From positions 1 to 45,400 of the forward strand of contig JAUCBJ010008429.1 of NCBI GenBank assembly GCA_032718475.1: DNA of 45,400 bases, written 5' to 3'. Position 1 is the stretch's first letter. The number at the start of each line of letters is the position of its first letter. Shown piece after piece: positions 1-12,928 of this stretch. The notes beneath the pieces are model-generated. The model searched no databases. It saw only the letters and a list, made by a program, of their open reading frames with translations, and was not told where the DNA came from. The stretch is from Nemertoderma westbladi (Eukaryota; Animalia; Xenacoelomorpha). Position numbers and translations under genes: made by a program.

Positions 1-599
1 GAAGGCAACGACGCGAATCAATATTGATGGTGACAGATGGTCATTAAACACCTCGATTTAGCACCGGAATTTGGCATTTTTTAATTGCCTCCGAGATGTG
101 GCCCGTAGCCCAGGCTAGGGAGGAGTTAGCCGAGGACTATGCTTCTCCTACTACTGGCGAGTTTCAATACAGATACGACCAATTTTACCCGGTTGCTATG
201 GAAAAGTCACCCTGTTACTAGGGAAGTAGTGAATTCTTTTGGTACAAACGCTTAGATTAATGTACACATTATTTTTACATGTATAGTGAAATTTTCATGC
301 TTTTCTCCTGCAATTACCTTAAGTCACCCCATTAATATAACAACATTTCATTTCTTCAGTACTGTACAGTATGCCAGTACAGCCTGACAGCTAAGTAAGA
401 TAAGACATTTAGGACATTGGATAAGAGATGTAAATATATAATGAAAAGCAACAAAACAAAATAACTGTAAAAACTTCCGACATCAATAAAAAAATATATA
501 TTACTTATTGATTGATTGAATGATATATATTTATTTCTATATCCAGTAAATATATTTATTATATTATCAAAGTTTATTAGAAGTATTGTAGTTACAGAT

Positions 600-1320
600 G
601 GTGGCTGAGACTGGGAAGACCCATTACGTCTTCCACCCTTTAGTGTAGTTAGGTATTGAGTATCATACTTCCGGGGCCCTGACCCTTATTGATTGTCTGG
701 TAAGTTGTAATCGCCTGCGCTGGAGTTTACATTTATTATTGGTTGCATGACGTGTGTTATGAGTGTGGGTGGTATTGGTCAGTGTTAACAGGTTTGGTAA
801 GATGTCTTGCAGATGGTTAAAAGTAGTAGAACCAATTGTTACAACTAAACGTTTACACCGCTCTTGTAGCTGTTGTAATGTTTTTAGGGTTAGAGTTATG
901 CTAGTTGTTTTTTGTTTCGGTTGTGTCGATGACCTTGTCTGAAGGTATTGTTTGTTTTCTGGTATGTTTCTTCATTTTCCTTTGTCATGTTGTGTGTGGA
1001 TGCTGCCCAGACAGCCGTACAGTAATTTAGTTAGGAACCTACCATTGTATTATATAGTAGAATTGCTACATGAGGTGTGATGAATTTTTTAATTCTGTTC
1101 ACAATACCTACTGTATGGATCTGCTTAGGTTAGATTGTATTTGTTGAAATATGAAATAATATAATTCGATTTTTCGAAAATTCGAATTCGGATAATATAA
1201 TTCGTTTTTGATACGTTCAGGGAGAATCTGTTCAATTGAAACCATGCATTTAATTTTGTAAGTTCATTGTTAGTGTCAGTAATTACGTAGGAACCGATAG
1301 ATTTAAATAGGTTGTCGTTT
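600..1320 (-). mobile_element. Degenerate CR1/L2-group LINE fragment (RT C-terminal half)
   Basis: Manual minus-strand translation gives NNELTKLNAWFQLNRFSLNVSK, LNYCTAVWAA and HTHNTRH...SIRVRAP, typical late-RT/C-terminal LINE motifs, broken by stops and frameshifts. Boundaries approximate. Confidence 0.6.
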
Positions 1321-1324
1321 GGTG

Positions 1325-1450
1325 CCTTTCTTTTTCTGTGCTTTTTTTCGTGCTTTTTTTTACTTTTTTGTGCTTTTTTTGTGCTTTTCTTGACTTTTTT
1401 GTGCTTTTTTGTGCTTTTCTTGACTTTTTTGTGCTTTTTTGTGCTTTTTG
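1325..1450. repeat. T-rich simple repeat (TTTTTTGTGC-like)
   Basis: Directly visible. Confidence 0.85.
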
Positions 1451-2117
1451 TAGTATTTAGTAGGACCCGTTATATTCAATAACTGTGATACAATACTGCA
1501 ATAGGCATATCAGCATGACTGCAGTACTGTATTATTCAGCAAAACATGTGTAACATTAAGTCATGTTTTAATTTAACTAGACTCTTTGGACGTGACGTGC
1601 TTAGTGCCGTAGTGTATTTGAATTGAATCTCTTCTTGTCAGCTTGTCTTGTGTAGGTACGGTAGTACGGTCATACTGTCATACCTGTCAGTTACCGGATA
1701 CGGTACAGCGGTAGGTACCGTCAGACCGTGCTGGCAGACTGGCTTAGGCCAAGGCCTTGGTAGGCCTTAGTCTGTTAGTAGGCCTTGGTTTAGCTGTTTA
1801 GGCTTACCGACCGTACGCAGCGGGCTGGCGGGCAGTCTACCTGTCATCATTGCTGGGGTCAGCGAGATAGCAAAATGTGTTTGTTCTGTAGTTCAGCAGT
1901 GTGCTGTTATACCTCTTCAATATCAGAATATACTGATATATAAAAAGTGTATAGGCCTACATTACATAATACAGTAAATATACTTAAATAAATTAATCTA
2001 TGAATCATACTGTAGTTTAATTTTAAATTACATAAGATAGCGCTAGAGGCGCCAGATTTTCACATCTCTAGTTCTGTAGTTGGCCTCGCAGGTTGACAAG
2101 AGTGGCGGCCCAAACCC

Positions 2118-2337
2118 TAATTAAAGCAGTAATTTAACCCTAACACCAACCCAGCCAACCCTAAGTCATGAGGCTCTAATCTAATAATTTTTGTCAGTTT
2201 GTGTAATTTCGGAAATTACTACTACCGGACCGGTACGGTAATACTGTAATAGGCCTAGCAAACAAAAAGTCAGAAATTCCACAAAATTTCTTAGATTAGA
2301 GCCTCATAGGGTTAGGGTTAAATTACTGCCTGAATTA
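2118..2337. mobile_element. Small MITE-like inverted-repeat element
   Basis: GCAGTAATTTAACCCTAAC...ATGAGGCTCTAATCTAA is mirrored by TTAGATTAGAGCCTCAT...GTTAGGGTTAAATTACTGC. Confidence 0.55.
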
Positions 2338-2715
2338 TGTTTTGACCAACAAACCCTAACCTAAAAAACAAACCAATATATGTAGTAAATATAACGCTGT
2401 ATGTTTTCCATATAAAAAGTGGCGTCTGTAGTCAGTAGTGTGATAGTGGATAGAGCCTAAGATACAAACCAATATAGGTCCTATTGCCTCCCCTAGCTGT
2501 ATAGGCCTATACAACAAAATGAAATGAAACCAACCCAACAACCAAATATAAATTTCAACAACTAATTTCTGAATTTTGAACACAAATTACTGATGTAGGC
2601 TATATTATTAGTTGATACCGAACTGCCGAAACTCTGAAAGTACATGTATTGTACAAGTGCATGTAAATTGTATATGTAAAATGTATATTGTACATGTACA
2701 AGTACATGTAAACAC

Positions 2716-2961
2716 GGACTGGTAGATCTTGAGAGCGCCCAGTACTTTTCTGAGCCGCCTCGTTCAGGTCTGAGAGGCCACAACCAAAAGCTTTTTGTAC
2801 CTCGCTGTCGGCTGCAGATATACAAACATTATTTTTCAAATCGTGTTGTGCCGCTCTGGAACTCCTTGCCGTCTGAAACTGTTGGTGCAAAATCAATTTC
2901 AATATTTTCTCATTTGCTACTTGATTTCGATTTTATGCCTTTCTGTAACTTTGATATCTGA
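2716..2961 (+). mobile_element. 3' end of a CR1-type LINE ORF2
   Basis: Translates to GLVDLESAQYFSEPPRSGLRGHNQKLFVPRCRLQIYKHYFSNRVVPLWNSLPSETVGAKS, matching the (T/L)RGH..KL...FSNRVV..WN.LP CR1 C-terminal signature. Confidence 0.75.
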
Positions 2962-3511
2962 TATTATTACTTTATCTGATATAATTTAATTATTGTTCAT
3001 ATCATCCATGGTCCAAATTTTAGTTTTACTTATACCCAATTTCTTACCGTCCGTGAGTGTAGCTGAAATGATTTTATTTCTGAAAATTTTTATAAATCCG
3101 TTTTTCTTCAAAATTGTTATTGCTGTTTTTACATGTGTTTTCATTGTATCGTCCGAAATTCTACATCCTACTGTATGTATACTCATAAATCTACTGTATG
3201 TATAGTGAACTTTAAACCTACACTGTAAGTGCCTGGTGCCTAGTGGTGGTCTCCCTCTAACGTGTTTTATTTGTTTGTATAAATTGTTGTATTTTTTACC
3301 ATTAAAGAGCGCTAATAATAATAATAATAATATTTTATAAATTTGTAAAAAAACCATGACTAAAATAGCAGAATGAGAATAGTATCAAAACAAATCATAT
3401 AGTCAGTGTCAGTTATTATTACATTACTCTACAATTAGACGATTGCTAAGGACAGCAATTACACTGATAAAATGGAATAAAATCATTTCACAAGACTGAA
3501 ACGTTTGTTAA

Positions 3512-4977
3512 CCTTCATATGTGTGCCTAAAAGTGCCATTTCCTCCACCTGGCAGCCTGGGGTCGTTTTTGACCCCATTCAGTTGAATGTGATTTTCCCC
3601 CCAATATATGGTAGGGTGGTAGGCCTACAGTTTCCTCATGTCTTTATTATGTTACACTCCCCAAAAAAGTGATCCTTGCCAAAATTGAATTGCCATTGAA
3701 TTGATTGCCAAAATTGAACAATGTCTAGATGGTCCACACTCACACTAAGCACATGGCCAGTTCCCGCCCTTCGCGCAAGTGAGTCATATTCCCCATTTTT
3801 GCGATGATCAACTTCTAGTATTCCTACTGCATTGATATCGATTTAGTTGATGTAGATACCTTCAAAACAAGCATAGAACGAATAGTTTTTGAGATATTGC
3901 AGAAATTGTGAAGTCCGGCACAAGTCAACCAACATTAACTAATGCCTTGCCTTGATGCAATATTGACAAAAACACTAATATATAGGGCCTAATGATTCTT
4001 CTAATTATTTCAAGGCATCTAGAATTGACAGATAACTGCAATGATTAATTCAGGGGATGTAGATACCGTACTTTAAAAATATGAGTTGAGTCATTAGTTC
4101 TCGAATTATTGTACGAAATGTCTGGACTAGGTCAATTCAATCAATTGGTGGACCTTGCCTTGACATTTTGTACAATAACTCGAGAACTAATCACACAACT
4201 AATATTTTTAGAGTGTCAACATCACCTAAATTGATCATTGCAGTTATGTGTAAGTGTAAGTTCTGGATGCCTTGAGATAATTAGAACTTAGAAGTAGAAT
4301 TTTTAATGTATTTGTCAATATCGCATCAAGGCGCTAATGTTGACTTGTGCCGGACTTCACACATTTTCTGCAGTACCTCAAAAACTATTCGCTCTATGCT
4401 TGTTTTGAAGGTGTCACCAACTAAATCTTTCATTGCGGTTCTAACATCTAATTAGCATAATATCAATGCAGTAGGAGTACTAGAAGTTGGTCATCACAAA
4501 AATTGGGAATGTCACTCACTTGCGCTAAGGGCAGGAACTGGCCATGTGCTTAATGTGAGTGTGGGAACCCTCTAGACATTGTTCAAATTTCACAAAATTT
4601 GGCATGGAACACATTTTTGGGGAGTGTAACATAATAAAACTACGTTATATCTAGAATACCAATTGAAAAAAGGGGCAGGTGAGGTGATGCACCCTAACAC
4701 ACTAACCGGTATTCGATTTTATCAGTGGTGTAGGCTAATTATTGACCCTAGGTGGTCACAGTGAGTGTTGCTCCAAAAGCGGTTATTTTTATATCAAATA
4801 GCTACCGGTAAACAAAACAATTATTCATGGTATTTCATATGCTAGGTATTACATGGGCTAGGAAGGTAGGCTACTGTGAAGTTCAGAACCCCACACTGCC
4901 ACATACAACTATTGAAGAAAAAATTCGAGATTTAGGTCACTGGGGTCTTTTTAGACCCTAGATGTACATAAGGAAGG
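3512..4977. mobile_element. Putative non-autonomous piggyBac-like element
   Basis: TTAA|CCTTC...GAAGG|TTAA ends with imperfect TIRs, and subterminal GGGGTC-N-GACCC palindromes at about 3560 and 4942. Confidence 0.45.
3643..4638. mobile_element. About 1-kb imperfect palindrome (foldback/MITE)
   Basis: TTTATTATGTTACACTCCCCAAAAA at the left end is mirrored by TTTTTGGGGAGTGTAACATAATAAA at the right. The arms pair with mismatches to a centre near 4140. Confidence 0.85.
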
Positions 4978-5523
4978 TTAAATTCGTAACTACCTGTAAT
5001 AAACAAAATAAAAAAAACACTACCTACCGGTACCTAATTTAGCGTTTAGATCAATAAAAAGCGGAAACTAACACGATACAAATATAAACGCCCTGATTAA
5101 CGATTGCGCCATGAACAATTGTTACTTGCGCCCTGAACAACTGTTACTAACTGATGGGGCGCGTTATAAATACATTATTATTATTATTATTATTATTATT
5201 AAATATGATAAAAAAAAACGTGGTTAAATTAAAATAGGGTATACATATATACCGTAATACAAATCACATGATATATAATTAAATAAAAAACAATGTTAAT
5301 TAAATAAAATAAAAAATAAATGAAACAAATCAGTTTGTGGGGGGGGGGTTAGTTCATAATTTCTAAGTCTCGTAATTCGGTCCACCATGAGGGTGTGAAT
5401 TAGAATTTGAGTGGCCAATTTTTTACTCTTTTCGATTAGTAGTGTTTAGTTTTCCGGTAGTGTAGGCATTTAAGTTGCCGTTTTCATAACATCTTATAAT
5501 CGGATAATATATGCGGGTGCGCC

Positions 5524-7407
5524 ATGGGTGACGGCCTCGCTATAGAAGTGCGAGGTAGCAATGGCGCTTACTATAAGGCCAACGTTCAGGAGGTTTACAG
5601 AGAGGAGGAGAAAGTCCTGGTAACGTTCGAAGGTGATTGGCAGGCCCCGAGACAAATCCCCTTCTCGGAGGCCCGTCTACCCCCGGCACCTACCCCGACC
5701 GACGGCCTGATGGACTTCAAAGCCGGCGACAACGTGGACGTGTTCTCTTCGAGCAGCGAAGACCCCTGTGGCTGGTGGACCGCGCGGATAAAGATGTGTA
5801 AAGGAGACTTCTACGTGATCGAGTACCTAGGATGGGAGAACACCTTCTCTGATATCGTATCGAAGGACCGTTTGCGACCTCCCAACCCTAACAAACAGTT
5901 GATGCGTTCGCAGTTGTTCTCCTGCAGTATCTCGGTCCCCGACGATCTCCGCGCCCTTGTCGATGACGATGAACACGCTCACGATAACTTCAAGCGATCC
6001 TGCGGGAGTTGCCACATGTCGTACAGCCGGGCTGACGGGACGCTCATCGTCACCGCGTTCAACCCGGATACAATCCGCTACGCCAATCTCGTCGCCGACA
6101 TGCACTTTCGGAGTTTGCGCAGTAAGGTGGTGCTGCAGAGTCGGATAGCCGAGGCGCAGAGCGCGCTGGAGAACACGAAGTTACCCGGGGGCGCGGAGAG
6201 CGGTTGCTCGGAGCAGTTCGCGGTGCGACCGGAGCTGATGGGATTGGCGATCGGGACCCACGGAGCCAACATAACCGCGGCGAGGAAGATCCCCGGGGTC
6301 ACGGACATCACGCTGGACGAGGACTCCTGTATGTTCCGGATCCACGCGGAGAGCCAGCAGGCGGCGACAGCGGCGCGCTCCCTGTTGGAGTTCGCGGAAG
6401 AGACGATCCGGGTGCCCCGGGGGTTGATAGGGAAGGTTATAGGGAAGAATGGGAGGGTCATACAGGAGGTTGTGGATCGTTCCGGGGTCATTCGGGTGAA
6501 GATAGAAGGGGATGAGGTGGAAGGGAGTAGAGAGGATGGGTTGATCCCGTTTACGTTTATAGGGACTCGGGAATCGATTGGGAACGCACAGGCAATGATT
6601 GGCTATCATATGAGTTACCTAAAGGATGTTGAACAGATTCGCGATCAGAAGGTTCATTTGGATGCGTTGCTACGAAACGCCGGGGTTAATAACGGGCCGC
6701 AAGGGTACGCGGCTGGGTATTACGAGAGTGATAGGGGTATGGGGGGAGGCGGGGGGTACGGGAGGGGGAGGGGAGGCGAAGGAAGACGTGCGGGGCCGGT
6801 TGGAGGGGTAGGGGGCAGAGGGGGGGATGTGGAGGAGGAAGGGGGAGCCGTGGGAGGCGAGGGCGTTCATCGGAGGGGGAAGGGGTGGGATAATAGGAGG
6901 AGGGTTGCGGACGAGGAGCGAGTTGTTATGGATAGCGAGGGGGGCAGGCCGAGAGGGGGGTCTAGGGGGCGTGGTGGGGGGCGAGGGGGGCGTGGGAGGC
7001 GGGACGGTCGAGGGGGGAGGGATGAGGCCCCCGCCGTGGAGGGGGAGGGGAGAGGGGCGAGCGACGATCGGAGGGGGATGCGGGGGGAAAGAAGGGATGG
7101 AGGGCGCGGGCGGGATGGGGGTCGGAGGGGGGAAGGGAGCAGTAGAGGAAGGAGGGATGGTGGGAGAGGGAGTCGGGAAGGGGGGAGAGGGGGTGCGGAT
7201 GAGAAAGGGGGGAAAGATGAGCATAACGCGTGGGGGGCGGCCCCCCAGGCGACGGGGGACGGATATTCGGCGTTGGATAAGGGGGACGGCCATCCGCCCC
7301 CTGACCCCGCCGGCAAACAGAAGTCGTCCCCACTCCCGGACAAGGAGGGAAAGACCCCGGAATCGAAGGATAAGGGACCCGCGGTGGTAAACGGTACCGG
7401 TAATTAA
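5524..7407 (+). CDS. FMR1: Fragile X protein family member (FMR1/FXR), single exon, 627 aa
   Basis: N-terminal [13 protein letters not shown] and PCGWW tandem Agenet/Tudor domains, KH1 [13 protein letters not shown]2 [16 protein letters not shown]-rich tail, GCCATGG Kozak context. Confidence 0.95.
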   Translation: MGDGLAIEVRGSNGAYYKANVQEVYREEEKVLVTFEGDWQAPRQIPFSEARLPPAPTPTDGLMDFKAGDNVDVFSSSSEDPCGWWTARIKMCKGDFYVIEYLGWENTFSDIVSKDRLRPPNPNKQLMRSQLFSCSISVPDDLRALVDDDEHAHDNFKRSCGSCHMSYSRADGTLIVTAFNPDTIRYANLVADMHFRSLRSKVVLQSRIAEAQSALENTKLPGGAESGCSEQFAVRPELMGLAIGTHGANITAARKIPGVTDITLDEDSCMFRIHAESQQAATAARSLLEFAEETIRVPRGLIGKVIGKNGRVIQEVVDRSGVIRVKIEGDEVEGSREDGLIPFTFIGTRESIGNAQAMIGYHMSYLKDVEQIRDQKVHLDALLRNAGVNNGPQGYAAGYYESDRGMGGGGGYGRGRGGEGRRAGPVGGVGGRGGDVEEEGGAVGGEGVHRRGKGWDNRRRVADEERVVMDSEGGRPRGGSRGRGGGRGGRGRRDGRGGRDEAPAVEGEGRGASDDRRGMRGERRDGGRGRDGGRRGEGSSRGRRDGGRGSREGGRGGADEKGGKDEHNAWGAAPQATGDGYSALDKGDGHPPPDPAGKQKSSPLPDKEGKTPESKDKGPAVVNGTGN

Positions 7408-7670
7408 ACGGGCACCCCGCACCCTAAAGGCTCAACCTCGAGGTGAAAAGGATAGTGACTTTTTATAAGGAGAGTGGATGACTTTAATTATTATATATCT
7501 ATCTATTGAGACTTTCTACCAATTATTATCTGACACATCCCAATTAAGATTATTAAATGAACACGTCATAATAATAATATAGTAACGTATCAACATTATC
7601 TTCATTTCTAATACGATATTTTGTGAATTAGTCTGCTTTATAGATTATTTTACTTACACCGGTTGAGGTT

Positions 7671-7676
7671 AATAAA
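7671..7676 (+). promoter_or_regulatory. Candidate FMR1 polyadenylation signal
   Basis: AATAAA about 260 nt after the stop, followed by GT-rich sequence. Confidence 0.4.
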
Positions 7677-8589
7677 GATTGTGTAAGTATCGTTTGTTTT
7701 ATGTAGATGAGGCATTTCTCTGTGAATCTATGTCCATTTATTTTGAGAGGTTAGCTAGGATGTCTCGCAGAAGAAACTTTTTGGTGAGGGAACAGTATGT
7801 TATTTAGATGATTGCGGTTTTATGGTAGTAGCGAGGCCAGATTTGTGACAATTTACCATCTTTAACGGTTTATGTTTGTTAAGGTGACCATAGTTTGTAA
7901 GTCGAACTCTTGTGAGAGAATATGAAGTATATTTAGTTCAGAGAGTTCTACTGATATAAACGTTTAATAATTTATTACGTTTAGAAAAGTGTCTAGTAAA
8001 AGATCAAAGACTCTTTATTTTATTGTTGTACACAATGTGTTTATAATTGTGGTCTGGCATTTCTAAATATCGTGACGTATTATGCAACCCCATGAATTCG
8101 TGTTTTTTTCGTGGATGGAATATTTCATTTTTTGGAATATTTTCAGCTATCTATATACCTTTGTATTATAATATATTGGTAATGTACTGATTTATTTCAA
8201 TCAATAACTGATAAAAATATGTTTAGGAGGTGAATTTAAATCGCAATTAAGAACAGATGTTATACGTATTTCAAGTAACCAATTAACAATTGCCCGTAAA
8301 CTGAATTCACTTAATTAGTGGTAAATAACAGATCTTCAGTAGGGTGATAATTATATATTTACTAAACCGATATATTGCTGTGCTGGTAGTATCTGGCTTA
8401 TCGGCCTCAATTTTTGTATCTTATTTGTATGTCTGTATGTCTGCAATCACCATCATAATCTACGTAGGTTTGTGTGTTTGTTTACCTAAACCAATAATAA
8501 GCAATGGGAATTTTCAAGTATTTTAAAGTGAATATTCGGAATTATTAATTATATAATCCTTTCGCAAATATCTTATTTTTATCGTGACG

Positions 8590-11500
8590 GTTTCACTCCG
8601 GCATTCACCAAGTGAGGGTGTAGTAGGCCAGAATGGCCTCATATCTGACTCCACTGCGACACCCACCCAGGGTGTGGTATTTGCCCGAGAGCTGACTCGG
8701 CAAAAAAGCACCCCCCAACCCCCACTATGGATTACATTAGTAATGCGGAGGTCCGGCCACTAGAGGCCAGTGGAATTACTGGACACAATCGGCCTCACAG
8801 GCGTCAGTTATCTCCTGAACTGTTGCCAACAATTCTTTGAGTCCCTTTCCTGATGACCTTTCTGGCCCAAACCCTGGGTCACCAGGGAGGCCAGATTGTG
8901 AGGGGGGGAAGGATTCTGGAGTTAGAGGCTACTCTCATGTTCCACCCCGACCAACAAAGCCATTGGTGAATCTGAGGCAAGTCACCCTAACACTCGGGTC
9001 CCCAATGCGACAATGTGAGCTGATTGTCTTGGCAGATAAGCTTTCTCTTAGCGCAGTGGGTGTTCAAGAGCACCGAATGCAGACTGGACAGACTGATGAG
9101 GTTCTGATTAAGGACAGGGGGGCGGTTGGCGACTCGCCCTCGCGTCAGCAGATGATAGTGGCAATGGTAGAATTGGTCTATTGATGAATCCAACTGCAGA
9201 TGCAGCATTGGACAAAATAGACCAAATCTCTAACCGCATCATCCGTTGCCACTTCTCATGTTGTGGAAGACTCGCTAAGAAGTTTCCTAAGGTGGTTCTG
9301 ATTGTGTGCTACTCTCCAACTAGTGTTGCCCCTGTAGAGGAGGTGGAAAATTTCTACCACAATCTACAAGCAGCCACTGATGGAGTGGATCAGCATGCAT
9401 TCTTAACATTCCTGGGAGACTTTAATGCAAGTCTGCATCAATCACCTACATCGCCCTGGGTCTATAGCAATAGTGTTAACCGAAATTCCGTCCATCTTCA
9501 GGATTTTATCCCTGGAAATGGATTGTTTTCGGTTGGAACCCAGTTCAAGAAGCGAACTGGAAAGCTATGGACTCATAGTGGACCCAGTGGTCACAAGTCC
9601 CAGATAGACCATATTCTGTTTCGTAGGAAATACAGGAGCTATATATACAAGACTGTAATGCATTTACACTTCGACCCTTCTCCAGTGATCACCGCCTTAT
9701 TGTGGCCAAGGTAAGACTTAGTCTACGTGCTAGCAGAACAACGAAATCTCCCTTGCCGCGGCATGACTGGTCCTCTCTGTTGCAACAGCCAAGTGTGAGA
9801 TCCAGCTTCACACTACAGCTGAGCAACAGGTATGAATGAGGTTCTTGCCTCTGAGGCGGCAGATCACTGTGAGGGCTATACTGCCTTCACAGAAGCAGTT
9901 AAGTTAGCAGTTGCAGAAACAGTTCCGGTATACCCTCGAAACAGGAAAAGGGCCCCCTGGACTGACAACAATATTCAGAAGTGCCGAAATGACCTCTATA
10001 AGGCGCAGAAAGAGTCCCGACTCAAACAGACTACAGCGGCCAAGAATACAGTTAGGGCTGCATCTAGGTCCCTGAACAGGCAGTACTCTGTTAACAGGTT
10101 GATGCCATCAATGATTCTGACGACTGCAGGCAATCATCCCGGGCATGGAAATCGATCAACTTGCTTATTGGGCGGAAAAGCCAACCAACCATCAAGGTTA
10201 AGGCTGAATCACCAGCCGATCGCCTTAATGGTTGGAAGGCCCACTTTGAAAAGCTCCTTAATAATGACAGGGTATTCCCTGATAACTTTATAGAAGTAAA
10301 AGTGTCTGAGTCTGTACTCCCAGATATTCCCATTGGCGATATCTCCTTTGCAGAAGTGAAGGCTACTGCAAAGAGCATTAAGACCAATCGTGCCAGTGGA
10401 GTAGATGGTGTTCCCCCTGAGGTCTTTAAAATACCTGAGTGTTTAAAGCTATCTATCCCATCATAGTAGACACATGTACCGAACAACAAGAGTCCCACAA
10501 GAAATGAAAACAAATAAGTTGGTGCCAGTTCTTTTCGGGGAATCTCATTGATCTCGATTGCTGCAAAGCTATACAATAGAATTCTATTAAATCGCATCAA
10601 GGATCCCATTGAGAAACTGCTCCGTGGAAATAAGAATGGGTTCCGTAAAGGTCGTGGGACCATGGAGCCCATTTTGGCACTTAGAAGGATAATTGAAGAG
10701 TTATCAAAAAAAGAAAGACAGGCATCTGGCTGTTATCTTTGTTGATTTCTTCAAGGCCTTTGATTCAGTCTCTCGCTCACGTATGTTCAGCATACTTTCA
10801 TTATGTTGGATTCCTGATGAAATTATTGCAGCAATCAGATCAATATACGATGGTTCGACATTTGTGTCTACAGTTGACGGTGACACATAACCATTTTGAA
10901 GTGTTATGGGGCGTCCTCCAGGGAGACACACACCATTCTTGTTCATATTTGTGGTTCACTAAGTTCTACGCATGTCCTTAGATCATCATAATGATGATGG
11001 GGTGATGATAACTCCTCCTACTGGCTCCAGAAGTCGAGGAAATCCTGCCAAGTACCTAACTGATCTAGACTTTGCTGATGACTTAGGAGTGCTCTCAGAA
11101 TCACTAGAGGGAGCCCAACGGCTGCTCAGCTCATTAGAACATGCTGCTTCTAGTGTTGGTCTTTTTATTAACTCCAGAAAGGTTACCTGGGATCATGGAT
11201 CCGGAAGTCAGGTGAGGACCTTCGAATACGCAAGGGAAAGTCATGGGCAGCCTTGAATGGGCTTTCCAGGATGTGGAAGTCACCGAGAATTAATCGGAAA
11301 CTTAAGGTGCGATTATTAAGAGCAGCAGTAGTTCCAGTACTCCTCTATGAGAGTGCATGCTGGGCTCTAACTGCTGAGGACACCAAATCTCTGGATGGCA
11401 CATTCACAAGAATGCTACGCCGGGTTCATTATGTCAAGTACAATGCACACATCTCCAACCAGACACTATTTAACATTGGAGGTGTCTCATTGGTTCCCCC

Positions 11501-11692
11501 AAGCTTGTCACTAGAACAAAATCGCCTCCGCTTAGCAGGACATTGCTTTCGCCGTGAGGACCAGCCAGTGCATAATCTTGTAATTTGGCATTCTCATGGA
11601 GTGAATAAGCATGGTGGACAGCCCATGACTTTCTTCAGGCGCAACTTAAAGGACACGGGCCTTGAAGATGCGGATGATCTAGATGTCATGGT
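8590..11692 (+). mobile_element. Degenerate RTE-clade LINE (AP endonuclease + RT), 3' end missing
   Basis: APE motifs VGVQEHR, YSPTS, LGDFNA, SQIDHIL; RT motifs FVDFFKAFDSV, GVLQGD, LDFADD; C-terminal RLRLAGHC. Many frameshifts. 5' boundary approximate. Confidence 0.9.
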
Positions 11693-11900
11693 ACCAAGTG
11701 AGGATGCATCCTTCCATAAACTAAGTGAGGGTGTGTCCTTCCATAAACCAAGTGAGGGTGTGTCCTTCCATACACCGAGTGAGGGTGTGTCCTTCCATAC
11801 ACCGAGTGAGGGTGTGTCCTTCCATACACCAAGTGAGGGTGTGTCAAGTGAGGGTGTATCCTTCCATACACCAAGTGAGGTTGGTGTCTTTCCATACACC
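11693..11900. repeat. 27-bp minisatellite (CCAAGTGAGGGTGTGTCCTTCCATACA), about 7 units
   Basis: Directly visible. Confidence 0.95.
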
Positions 11901-12322
11901 GAATGTGGTCTTCAGGTGCCAGGAGAGGTCTGATTTCCAGATGGTATCCAATTTTTATAGAGTTACGTACGTTTGTCTCAGCCTTCCGAACTTCTATGAT
12001 TTTTTTGCTGCTCTCTATCTATGACCAAAGTACTGGAAATCGTCAAGTTAGCTTATTTTATATATTTTTTGTAAATTCATCTGTATCTCCCAAGAAACCT
12101 GGCGTTTCTTGGGAAAAACCGATATTTCGTGACTGTTCCTAAAATTTAATTATGAATTTCATTTAGTTTATATCGGTTATGGGAAACTGTTGTATAAGAA
12201 TAATTATTATACAACAGTTTCCCATAATTACCATAATCTTAATTATTAAGAAACAGGTTCCACATTCTTCACGTAATATTTCCGTAGAATTTTAAGGACG
12301 CGAAATATTATTGGTTGTTTAG

Positions 12323-12550
12323 GAGTTTGATATAGATTCCAACAATGGGCGACCAACGCAACACGATTGCAATCTACAGCTGTCCCAGTGTGGGCCTGCT
12401 AGCCAATCAGTGGAACCGCAGCTGATCCCACCAATGGAATCGCAACACCCTCCAGTTATTCGGCCAATAGAACCCCAACATATACCAGGAATTCCCCCGT
12501 TTCCGAACTTCAATATTCCCTCACAGGATCTCCAGTCATTACAGTATCAT
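12323..12550 (+). CDS. ZSWIM8: ZSWIM8 exon (P/Q-rich region, EFDIDS...LQYH)
   Basis: ttgtttAG acceptor, GTAAGT donor, 228 nt open, phase 0-0. The P/Q-rich content fits the region preceding the conserved C-terminus. Confidence 0.7.
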
Positions 12551-12772
12551 GTAAGTATATCATGTACATAATTATGTTATCATACAGTATAATAAATAAT
12601 TAAGCATATTTTCTGCCCTGTTTTACCTATCAATATATTGCCTACTAAATTACCCAATCAATCCCACCCAACTATCTATCTGGTATACATACATACATAC
12701 AGTCCGGCCGCCAAGTCTCATCCTTCATGTTAGAATGACGTCATTATTATTGTTCCCTTTGTTTTTGATTAG

Positions 12773-12928
12773 ACTTCTCTCGAGTACGTTCAGCAACAGA
12801 TGCACAATCACGTTCAGCAGAGTTTATATGACCAATTGGGGCAGCCGGCCCCGTCTATAGTTGCAGCCAATCAGCATCCCGTATGGCCGGGTGGATATGC
12901 CTCTACAGCGCCCACCCAATCGCAGCAG
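12773..12928 (+). CDS. ZSWIM8: ZSWIM8 exon (TSLEYVQQQ...TQSQQ)
   Basis: Pyrimidine tract + AG, CAG|GTAAAA donor, 156 nt open, phase 0-0. Confidence 0.75.

Noticed and set aside
1-230. Upstream ZSWIM8 exon at the window start
   Set aside because: No convincing splice-bounded open frame or recognisable homology.
6670-7422. Pro-rich antisense and alternative-frame ORFs over FMR1
   Set aside because: By-products of the G-rich, stop-poor RGG region.
8585-8820. HDV-like ribozyme in the RTE 5' UTR
   Set aside because: Hairpins are present but I could not assemble the nested double pseudoknot by eye.
12177-12227. Small palindrome TTATGGGAAACTGTTGTATAA...TTATACAACAGTTTCCCATAA
   Set aside because: Real but short; probably a MITE remnant, with no evidence for a pre-miRNA.
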